Assembly: GCF_009914755.1 (NCBI RefSeq)
Contig: NC_060937.1
Length of the DNA stretch: 64,000 nt
Strand: one strand, 5' to 3'
Source of the DNA: the human T2T-CHM13v2.0 reference genome, Homo sapiens
The position numbers were made by a program, and so were the translations under genes. Below are positions 13,801 through 25,000 of the stretch, in pieces (positions within the stretch are counted from its first letter, which is position 1; each line of letters begins with the position of its first letter). The notes beneath the pieces were generated by a model. That model saw only the letters and a list, made by a program, of their open reading frames with translations. It did not search any database and had not been told where the DNA came from.

Positions 13801-15026
13801 CAAGTTATAGGCTGAAGTCAAGACAGGAAGGCAGGGGATTGGGGAACTGGCTAAGCTTCTTGGAAGCAATTTAGGAACACTGCCTGAGATCCTAGATAGG
13901 GCACCAGCATGAACAAGGCAGGCATCTTTCTAGGAGAGGGCTGGAAAATTACTGATAATTAATCTAGAGGTTAATTCATAAACCAAAAAAAAAATGGAAA
14001 CAAGAATATTTTAAGGACTTTTTCAGTAATTTACCAATGAAGTTATCTTCAAGAACTGATTCATCTTAAACCATAATTTCTGACAATAAATCTGCAATTG
14101 TTTCTCTGTGTTATAGCTTTATAATTATCTTCTGAAGCTATAAAATAAGAGTTATTTTTCTCTCTAAAAGTATGTGCACATTAGCCTCATATTAAAATAC
14201 AATTTTCTTTCTAAATTTAAGTTATATCCCTTAGATTACTCTGCTTTACAGAACTTCCCTGAAGTTAGAAGTAGAAAGGAGAGAACATTCTACCTCAGAG
14301 GGTCTTTCGTCAAATGCCACAATTCATCTCCCAAGGACATCATAGGTATTACAGTGGAGGCCTGTTAATAAGACTCAAAAATAGGATTGCTGCAAGAAAC
14401 CTACAGAAATTTTCTCATCATTTTTAAAATTTGTAATGTAAATTTCGGTAAGATAATTTTTTTTCCTTATTTGTTCTTTGTTTAGTTTTTCTGGGCTCAG
14501 CTGAGTGGTGGTCTCTTGTTTAAACTGTGTTTAAATTTTCCTTTGTACTGAATTTTGTTTGAAAACTTACAGGTGAAAAATCCAGGAATATTAATGCCCC
14601 AGGATCATTGGCTTTAAAAAGATCTTAACAAATGGCATCATCAGACGTTTGGGAAAACTTAACTATTTTAAAGGGAAGCAAGTCAAGCCTTTTATGCTGA
14701 AACTCAGCTCACACTGAGTGTTTATTGCTGGCTCTGCTCAGGTCTCTGCAGCCACGATGACCCAGCCTTTCTCCCTTCCCTTTTCCCTTTATGACTTTCC
14801 TCAATATGAAGGGTTTTCACAGCTGTGTGGATTGAGTAGTTTCCCAATTGTGCACATCCTGTAATTTCCACCTCCAAAGCCTGTCAGAAGAAAAGTCTCC
14901 AAGGAAACTTTCTCCTTGCTGAAGTCCTCAGTCACCCCTTCTCTGCATAAGAAAAGAACAGGAAGGATTTGCCAAATTTTCTTGAAAGTAAAAACTGGTA
15001 TATTTCAGGTTGTAAAAGAAAGAACA

Positions 15027-15407
<381 letters not shown>

Positions 15408-17461
15408 CTAACTAATTTATTTAATTCTAATTTCATCCATACTTATGCAAACTTCTAAAAATTACTGAACCCTGTGATGTCTCAGTTTCCTCAAATATAA
15501 AATGCTAATGTTCATACTTGTCCTGTTATGATGAGTCGTGACTGTGTTGAGCTTCCCTGAATTAAACCTCTCCCCCACCATGAAGTGAGAAACTGCCATA
15601 GCAGGATTCTTAGTGGTAGGGGAGCCACTCAACACTAGGAGTCCAAAAGGCCAACACTTACTCCTTGTTCTCCTGTGTTTTGGGCAGCCAGGGCATAGGC
15701 CTATGACTTAAGCTTGAATAATACCATCCTGCTTAGACTTTTGAATTCCCAGTGACAGAGAAATGTTTATTGGTCAGTGGCTACAGTGACATACAGAGTC
15801 CAAGAGCAACAGAGACAGAAGCTTCAGGGCTGCTGACTCATACCAGGTGCTGGCCAGAGTAGGGGTCACTGCAGGGCCCAGTGTCCAGCAGAGACCACAG
15901 TGCAGTACCCACCAGACCATTACTTGGGGTGGCCTCAACTTCTGGTTCCTGTTCATTTGTTTTGATCTTTATGCTCAATCTTCCGAGATCCTGAGTCTTT
16001 CCAGGAATTATGGGAACTATTCAATATATTTTCATTTCTCTATTGCTTAATTCAGCCAAAGTCAGTTTCTGTTGATTGTTACTAAGAAAACTGAATAATA
16101 TGCTTGGTTCCCTCACAAAGCTGTTGTGAAATCTGGCTGAGTTTTATTTAAACTGAAAGTACTTGAGAAAGAATAAACTGTAATCGAATTTAATGTGACA
16201 AGTATTTATTAAGGCTTTTACGGGGTTAAAGGATGAGAAAGATGCAGTCTGTGAGCTCAAGATGGTTTCAAAATAGTAAAGGCACAAGAACACAGGCAAG
16301 TGTAACACAGCTTATGGTAGCAGAGAGTGGCCTCACATGAGAAATACACAATGGAGTTGGTGCAAAAGGAAGAAGGTGGTGAAAAACAGTTAAAAGTTGC
16401 GCAGTTTGTATTAAAGTGCATAGATGACAAAGATTCCACGGAAAAGGAAGGATTTGACATCATCCTTGCAGGTCAAACTGTCCATAATGTAGGATATAGA
16501 CACCAGTCCTTGGAATCAGGAATCTCTCATTCTTTTCAGCTTGATTCCCAGGTCTTAACCTCCTTGTCTCTGTTTCCTCTAATATGAAATGAGGAAGCAT
16601 TACATGGTCTGTAAGGCTGACTGATTCCCAAGGACAGACAGGGATAATGTTACAGAAGAAAAAAAAGAGCAGAGTGAACCAACAATTAAGGGTAAAAACA
16701 TGTGAGATGAGGAAAGGTCTAGAAGCAAGACAGTTGGTGTGTTCACAAAAAAATCTGTAGTTTAGTATGGAAAGTAAAGATGAAGAGAATGAGTTTCATT
16801 CAATAAGCAATGAGAGGTTATAATTCAAAGAAACTTGGATGTAAAATAATGGTGAACTGAGCTAGGATAATGACAGACAGTAGTGGAAAGAGAAGACAGT
16901 TGTAAGATACACTGTGGAAACAGATTTTCCCCAACTTGATGGACTGGAGAGAGAGATAGGAGTTGTGGTCAAGGTAACTTGTGACGTTACCTTATAGAAG
17001 GTTCATGAGTCAGTTTGATGAAAAAGTTGAAGAAGCAGATGTACATGATTCACAGGATTCTGAAAGACACAGATGTGTGCAAAGATTGCGGGGCTATCTT
17101 AGTTAAGGGAGAATGCTATTCTACAGATGAGAAAAATTAAGCATAATTGTAATCAAAGATGGAGCAACTAGAAAGACTGGAAATACAGATAAATGAAAAC
17201 TAATAACCAATAGATATAATTGATAGGTATATTATCATTTATGATAATGAAACATTCTAATCTTTCATTTAAATTATAAGAAATAAATCTAAAAAATACA
17301 CAGAGAGAGAGAGAGAAAAGAGAGAAAGGTGTTTGAAAAAAATGATCCTTTCTCTTCATTTCCACTTTGCATATATACCTATACATAAACACATATTTCA
17401 TTTTATATTTGTATATAAATGACCTCCTCCTCAATTACACATTTTTAGAGATGTGTAATTG

Positions 17462-18076
17462 AGCAAATGGAAAGGCCAGTTTCAAAACAGGTTTTCTGGC
17501 TTCTAGTCCAGTGCTCTTTCTTCTTCCCCACATAGACTCCCATCTGAACATAGCTTTGTCTGGAAAGTCTGGGCGCTTGTGAAGCCATATGTTACTCAAT
17601 AATAAATCCATCTTGAAAATTCGCCTATCCTTATGATGAGTTTAATTAAGTTTTGCATTTCTAGACTTTTATTTCAATTTTATTTTTTATTTAAAAATAG
17701 TTACTTAGAGATGTTGTATTTAAGCTGTCCACGTCAATTAATACAAATGTTGTTCTGTATATTTTACAGCAAGCAAATGGAAAGGCCAGTTTCAAAACAG
17801 GTTTTCTGGCTTCTAGTCCAGTGCTCTTTCTTCTTCCCCACATAGACTCCCATCTGAACATAGCTTTGTCTGGAAAGTCTGGGCGCTTGTGAAGCCATAT
17901 GTTACTCAATAATAAATCCATCTTGAAAATTCGCCTATCCTTATGATGAGTTTAATTAAGTTTTGCATTTCTAGACTTTTATTTCAATTTTATTTTTTAT
18001 TTAAAAATAGTTACTTAGAGATGTTGTATTTAAGCTGTCCACGTCAATTAATACAAATGTTGTTCTGTATATTTTA
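17462..18076. repeat. Perfect 305-bp direct tandem duplication with a 5-bp junction insert
   Basis: 17462-17766 identical to 17772-18076 by eye; spacer CAGCA. Confidence 0.97.
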
Positions 18077-18720
18077 GGCAGAAACAATTGAGCCGTTCGC
18101 AAGGGGCATGAATTTGAGTTCTACATTTTCTGACCTAGTAGCAGTGATACATTTTTGATTAGTAGTGTTTCTGGCAAGAATGAGACCTATAGCCAATGGC
18201 CAAGGGACATGAGGAAGCAAAATAGCAGGTCGTCCATAAATTTGGTCTTATGCCACAAGCTTATTAAAACCAAAAGGGAATTTGTCCACAAAGACTGACT
18301 CTCTTGTTTTACAGTTGAGAAGACTATAGTTGCAAAACATAAAGAGGATTGCTGTAAGTCATAATTTAGTGGATGTCAAAACCGCTACTGGAACCCACCT
18401 CTTGGTTAATGAGTCCGTAGCTGTTTGTCCTCACCCCTCAGTGCTGCTCTGAAATCGATGAAGTTTTGTGTTTATGGTCAAACCATGGTTTTGATGCCAC
18501 TGAAGAATAAGCATTTGTTGAGAATGAATAAAGATGTTTCACAAGAAACTTCAATAATTCATCTGTAAGTATTTTAAAAGTGTCTATAAGGCAATCTTCT
18601 CTATTGGAATCTTATGACCCGGTGGAGAAGCATAAGGAAAATGAAATAAACTATATAATGAAAACTATAATTCTCAAAATTTAACTAGATGTATTTTTAG
18701 TTCCAGTCTGACCTCCAGTC

Positions 18721-18833
18721 CTAGACCTACTAGGTATTAGGTATTTCCTACTAATAGGTAGTAGTTAGGTAATAGTTAGGTAGACCTACTAGGTACTAGG
18801 TATTAGGTATTAGGTATTTCCACCTAAATACCT
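18721..18833. repeat. Irregular TAGGTA(T)-based repeat
   Basis: TAGACCTACTAGGTA occurs twice; several TAGGTAT units. Confidence 0.8.
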
Positions 18834-21150
18834 TGCCTGAATCATAAATTAATTACATTGCTTCCTTTATTTTAGAAAACAAGTTCTCTAGTGCTTAATC
18901 TTAGTCTGTGAGTTTTAGCAATCAATAATTTTAACTCTAAGTTGATATGAGACAACACTTTGGTATGACTTTAAAGTAGCAAACAAATTTAAGAATGTAT
19001 TTTAAGGAATATTTTGCCCATGGTATGTATAGGAAGCGTTATAAGGCTTAAGGAAGTAAGAAGTGAAGTGTTAAGCTCGAATTTTGTAAAAAAAAAAAAA
19101 AAAAAAAAATCACATTTGCTAACTTATTCTTCATGAAATTGAGTGATATTGAGAACGCTGACTGTAAAATAATAATTTTCTTGCTATTTTAGCATTCATA
19201 TCTTTTAACACTGAACTAGGAGCCTAAACAGAGATGATCTTCATCAATAATATTTGCTCTCAAATAAAAATTTGACATCTCATTGTTTTGTCAATGATCA
19301 TCAATGTAAAATATATTTAGCCAAATGATAGTTTGAGTTACCTTCTATTTGATTTACAAGACAAATAACTAAGACATTTACCAAAAAATAATAATAATCT
19401 CTAAAAATCATTCTATCACTTCGATCAAGGCAGACAAAATTAAAAAGTCAAAAAGATTATAGTTTATTGATTTCCTTAGGCTATGTAAAAATAAATGTGG
19501 TCCTGTATTTTTCTTACCATGAAACAAAATATTGAACTCTGCCCTTGAGGCATACTACCATACTTCAAATGCTGATCTTATCATTGCTTGCAAGTCAAAC
19601 AGAGTTGGACTTTAAAAGGAGGAAAGGAAAACCCTGGAGCCACTAAGAAGCATCAAGGGTCAAGCTGTTAGTCTGGTTCTGCTCAGAATTTACCCAGGGT
19701 CACAATGCCTGGATAAGGCCACTTTGCTTCCAGATGACATTTTTCAATACAAACACACAACCAGAATTTGAAATTTACTATAAAAAGAGCCATATTCTGA
19801 AATTGGTTTTCTAGTTTACTTGGCATCTTATTTGTTTTAATTTGGAACAGGAAATAGCAGAATTTCCCCCCATGTTCCGCATTTTGAATTCTGTATGCGA
19901 TAATAAATAATCATATAAATTATAAAATAATAATGACAAAGCAAATAGGAAATTGGTAAAGAGTTAGATGGGGGATTTTCTAATGTATTTAAAGTAAGGG
20001 CCACATCCCTTCTATGCTCCTGGATGCCCATTTTGTAATAAATTGTGAAATGTATCCATCAGTTTCTAAGTTGTAGTTAAAAGCTCCTCAAACAATGCAC
20101 AGCACACAGAATAATCTTAATTAATATTTAATTAACTAAATGTTACTTGTTTGCGTGCTTGCACACTTGCTTGGATGAGTGACTCCTTTAAATTGATCTC
20201 TTGCTTCTTTTTGAAAGATTTTAGAACTTCCTGTCTATGATTCCTGGAAACGGACACCACTCAGTAGGTTTCATGGAAAGGAATCTGGCATCTCCCAGCC
20301 ATACTTATGTACAGAGTTTGTGCTGCAGCCTGGAAAATAGCTGTAACTGTGTCAAGCAAGGATCAAAATCCTGGTCTGGAGGAGCTCAAGCTGAAAACAC
20401 AAAGGCTTAAAAGGATAGGCACTTCTTACTGAAATTACTCCCATAGGCACCTTCTAGCTTCAATTTAGACTGAAATGTAAAAAGACATTAACAATTTCTT
20501 ATATTTCCCTCTTTTCCAAATTCAAAATCCCTTGGAGCAGGAAAAGGGCAATTATGGCTAATTATGACTATTACTCCAATTCTATGCTCCTGTTAGCAAT
20601 CAGATTTGCATTACTGGAGAAAAAAAATATTATCCTAAATAAAACATTCTGACTATGATTGCTTAGGAGCCAATCCGAAAATGATTAAGTTTAAATTACA
20701 AGGGATCTTTTTTGAGGGGGGGAGGAGAGTTGATAAAAAAACCTTTTAGAAAGGGAATCTACACACTACTAAAACCAAACAAACACAAGGGGGCAGGAAG
20801 AGCTCAAGCTCTGACTTCAAAACCTGTTGGCTGAAATGAGAGCTAAACTATTTTAGTGTGCCCTCCGGATATTTATCAATTTTCGTGGCATGCAAAGAAA
20901 TGTGATGCTGACAAGTAGATTTAGTTTGTGCTTGGTCTAATTACTGCGAAGAGAACAGGAACGTCTCTAATGACAGCTACCCTAACAGAGTCGGATTTGG
21001 GAGCGCCTGGGGCCACATTCCCTAGAATTTATTCTTTGGTGCAAGACTAGCAATTCTGATCAGACTGCATTTCTCACGCATTCCAAATGCCCTTTTTCCC
21101 TTTTACTCTGTGAACCTCGGTTGCAAAGGAGGGGCTTGTTAAAAACTCAC

Positions 21151-21650
21151 CAATCGGAGGACTGTGCCCATTGTAATTCACGAGGAGAAGGCAGCGTCTG
21201 GGCGCGCCGAAGGGGGCTGGGCTGGAGTGCAACCTGCTCTAGCTATGGCTTTTAATTCCAGCTGTCCTTTTGCAAATATGCCCCAGAATTTCTTCTCAAA
21301 CGCTCTGGGTTTCGCTTCAAACTCAAAAAGCATTGCGTCTAACTTTCCCCTGGGTTTGCAAGTTTCCTTGGGAAATGGCCATGCCCTGCGCGGGATTTCA
21401 TTGACTAGGGCGGAGGGGTGGGGGTGGCTAAAATGGGTAACCCTCGGTCGCCGGCAGATGAAGTGAACCCAGCACAGCAGTGTGTTCCGGCTCCTCTGCA
21501 GGAGTACCAGATCTATTAATAGCAGCCCAGAGAGTAGCGCAAGCAGGGGTGGGCAACTCCTGGCCACTTCTTCCCTCACTTCCAGGACAACCTGTTGCGC
21601 CTCTATCTCCTCCCCTCCCCGCAGTTTCCCCGCCTTGGCCTCTAAGAGCT
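21151..21650 (-). ncRNA. Putative first exon of a divergent lncRNA (5' end uncertain)
   Basis: Minus-strand donor TTG|GTGAGT (plus strand ACTCAC at 21145-21150) at the upstream edge of the CpG island. I recall a LINC gene upstream of FREM2 (possibly LINC00437) but cannot verify it. Confidence 0.4.
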
Positions 21651-22015
21651 GATTGGCAGAAATTACTACCCAACCCTCAGCTCCGCACCTCCTCCCCCGA
21701 CCAACGATTGGCCACCTGGGAGGACGGGAGTAAGGGGTGCGAGCGGAGGGATTTCCCTCAAAGCCCAGGGTCCGGGGACCTGGAAAGTAGAAGTGGAGGG
21801 ATTCAATTCTCCGCGCGATTGAGGCGCTAGCGGCGGAGCTGGACGGCCTGGGAAGGCTTCGGCTCCTCGGCTGCGGCTCCAGCCCGGACGGCGCCGCGCA
21901 ACTTTGCCATCCTTCTGGCCCAGCCCCGGCTACAGGAGGACCCCGCGGGCAACGCGCGGAGTTCCTGGCACTTCCCGGCGGTGTCTCTTGTTGTCTGCCC
22001 GGGGACCGACTTCGC

Positions 22016-22030
22016 ATGCTCTCAGGCTGA
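22016..22030 (+). other. Upstream ORF MLSG* in the FREM2 5' leader
   Basis: ATG CTC TCA GGC TGA; only ATG between about 21780 and the main ATG; weak context (C at -3 and +4). Translation is not demonstrated. Confidence 0.55.
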
Positions 22031-22056
22031 CCTGTCCAAGCCCGAACACCGGGACC

Positions 22057-25000
22057 ATGCACTCAGCCGGGACTCCCGGGTTATCCTCGCGCCGGACAGG
22101 CAACTCCACCAGCTTTCAACCAGGACCGCCACCGCCGCCCCGGCTGCTGCTGCTGCTGCTGCTTCTCCTGTCACTGGTAAGCCGCGTCCCGGCACAGCCC
22201 GCTGCCTTCGGCAGGGCGTTGCTGTCCCCTGGTCTCGCGGGGGCTGCAGGGGTCCCTGCTGAGGAGGCCATAGTGCTGGCGAACCGCGGACTCCGGGTGC
22301 CTTTCGGCCGTGAAGTCTGGCTGGATCCCCTGCATGACCTGGTGTTGCAGGTGCAGCCCGGGGACCGCTGCGCGGTTTCGGTACTAGACAACGACGCACT
22401 GGCCCAGCGACCGGGCCGCCTGAGTCCCAAGCGCTTCCCGTGCGACTTTGGCCCTGGCGAGGTGCGCTACTCTCACCTGGGCGCGCGCAGCCCGTCTCGG
22501 GACCGCGTCCGGCTGCAGCTGCGCTATGACGCGCCCGGAGGGGCAGTAGTGCTACCACTGGTACTGGAGGTGGAGGTGGTCTTCACCCAGCTGGAGGTTG
22601 TGACTCGGAACTTGCCTCTGGTCGTGGAAGAACTGCTGGGGACCAGCAATGCCCTGGACGCGCGGAGCCTGGAGTTCGCCTTCCAGCCCGAGACAGAGGA
22701 GTGCCGCGTGGGCATCCTGTCCGGCTTGGGCGCGCTGCCTCGCTATGGAGAACTCCTCCACTACCCGCAGGTCCCTGGAGGAGCCAGAGAGGGAGGCGCC
22801 CCGGAGACTCTCCTGATGGACTGCAAAGCTTTCCAGGAACTAGGCGTGCGCTATCGCCACACAGCCGCCAGTCGCTCACCAAACAGGGACTGGATACCCA
22901 TGGTGGTGGAGCTGCGTTCACGAGGGGCTCCTGTGGGCAGCCCTGCTTTGAAACGCGAGCACTTCCAGGTTCTGGTGAGGATCCGAGGAGGGGCCGAGAA
23001 CACTGCACCCAAGCCCAGTTTCGTGGCCATGATGATGATGGAGGTGGACCAGTTTGTACTGACGGCCCTGACCCCAGACATGCTGGCAGCCGAGGATGCT
23101 GAGTCTCCCTCTGACCTGTTGATCTTCAACCTTACTTCTCCATTCCAGCCTGGCCAGGGCTACTTGGTGAGCACCGATGATCGCAGCCTGCCCCTTTCCT
23201 CCTTCACTCAGAGGGATCTGCGGCTCCTGAAGATTGCCTACCAGCCCCCTTCTGAAGACTCTGACCAGGAGCGCCTCTTTGAACTGGAATTGGAGGTAGT
23301 GGATCTAGAAGGAGCAGCTTCAGACCCTTTTGCCTTCATGGTAGTGGTGAAGCCCATGAACACAATGGCTCCGGTGGTCACCCGGAATACCGGTCTTATT
23401 CTCTATGAGGGTCAGTCTCGGCCCCTCACAGGCCCTGCAGGCAGTGGTCCGCAAAACTTGGTCATCAGCGATGAGGATGACCTAGAAGCAGTGCGGCTAG
23501 AGGTGGTGGCTGGGCTCCGGCATGGTCACCTTGTCATTCTGGGTGCTTCCAGTGGCAGCTCTGCTCCCAAGAGCTTTACAGTGGCTGAGCTGGCAGCTGG
23601 CCAGGTGGTCTACCAGCATGATGACAGAGACGGCTCGCTGAGCGACAACCTGGTGCTTCGCATGGTGGATGGAGGAGGCAGGCACCAGGTACAGTTTCTG
23701 TTCCCCATCACCTTAGTGCCTGTGGATGACCAGCCACCTGTTCTCAATGCCAACACGGGGCTGACACTGGCAGAGGGTGAAACAGTGCCCATCCTGCCCC
23801 TTTCCCTGAGTGCAACTGACATGGATTCAGATGATTCTCTGCTGCTTTTTGTGCTGGAGTCACCCTTCTTAACTACGGGGCATCTGCTTCTCCGCCAAAC
23901 TCACCCTCCCCATGAGAAGCAGGAACTTCTCAGAGGCCTTTGGAGGAAGGAGGGGGCATTTTATGAGCGAACAGTGACAGAGTGGCAGCAGCAGGACATA
24001 ACAGAGGGCAGGCTGTTCTATAGACACTCTGGGCCCCATAGTCCTGGGCCAGTCACAGACCAGTTCACATTTAGAGTCCAGGATAACCATGACCCTCCTA
24101 ATCAGTCCGGGCTACAGCGGTTTGTGATTCGTATCCATCCTGTGGATCGCCTCCCTCCGGAGCTGGGCAGTGGCTGTCCCCTTCGTATGGTGGTACAGGA
24201 ATCCCAGCTCACACCACTGAGGAAGAAGTGGCTGCGCTACACTGACCTGGACACAGATGACCGAGAACTACGTTACACAGTGACTCAGCCCCCCACAGAC
24301 ACAGACGAAAATCACCTGCCAGCCCCACTGGGTACCTTGGTCTTGACTGACAACCCCTCAGTCGTGGTGACCCATTTTACCCAAGCCCAGATCAACCATC
24401 ATAAAATTGCTTACAGACCCCCGGGTCAAGAACTGGGCGTGGCTACTCGAGTGGCCCAGTTCCAGTTCCAGGTGGAAGACCGAGCTGGGAATGTGGCTCC
24501 AGGTACCTTTACCCTTTACTTGCATCCCGTGGACAACCAGCCACCTGAGATCCTCAACACCGGCTTCACTATTCAGGAGAAGGGTCACCACATCCTGAGT
24601 GAGACAGAGTTGCACGTGAATGATGTAGACACTGATGTTGCCCATATCTCTTTCACTCTCACTCAGGCACCCAAACATGGCCACATGAGAGTGTCTGGAC
24701 AGATCCTGCATGTAGGGGGTCTCTTCCACTTGGAGGACATAAAACAGGGCCGAGTTTCCTATGCCCATAATGGGGACAAGTCCCTGACTGATAGCTGCTC
24801 CTTGGAAGTCAGTGACAGACATCATGTGGTGCCCATCACTCTCAGAGTAAATGTCCGGCCAGTGGATGATGAAGTGCCCATACTGAGCCATCCTACTGGC
24901 ACTCTGGAGTCCTATCTAGATGTCTTAGAAAATGGGGCTACTGAAATCACTGCCAATGTTATTAAGGGGACCAATGAGGAAACTGATGACTTGATGTTGA

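Larger units (their letters stand above)
21150..23100. promoter_or_regulatory. CpG island / FREM2 promoter and 5' exon 1
   Basis: Sharp rise in GC and CpG density against the AT-rich flanks; GC box GGGCGG at 21408; inverted CCAAT boxes (ATTGG) at 21652 and 21707; no obvious TATA box. Exact TSS cannot be read from sequence. Confidence 0.9.

Noticed and set aside
17462-18833. CRISPR-like or other repeat-spacer array
   Set aside because: Only two-copy duplications and irregular simple repeats; no constant repeat with unique spacers, and the DNA is eukaryotic.
20117-20135. TTAATTAA-TAT-TTAATTAA as a homeodomain cluster
   Set aside because: Could arise by chance in very AT-rich sequence; no supporting context.
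21178-22062. 294-aa minus-strand ORF over the promoter
   Set aside because: GTG start, low-complexity Pro/Arg/Ser/Gly composition and no recognisable domain; long stop-free frames are expected in CpG islands.
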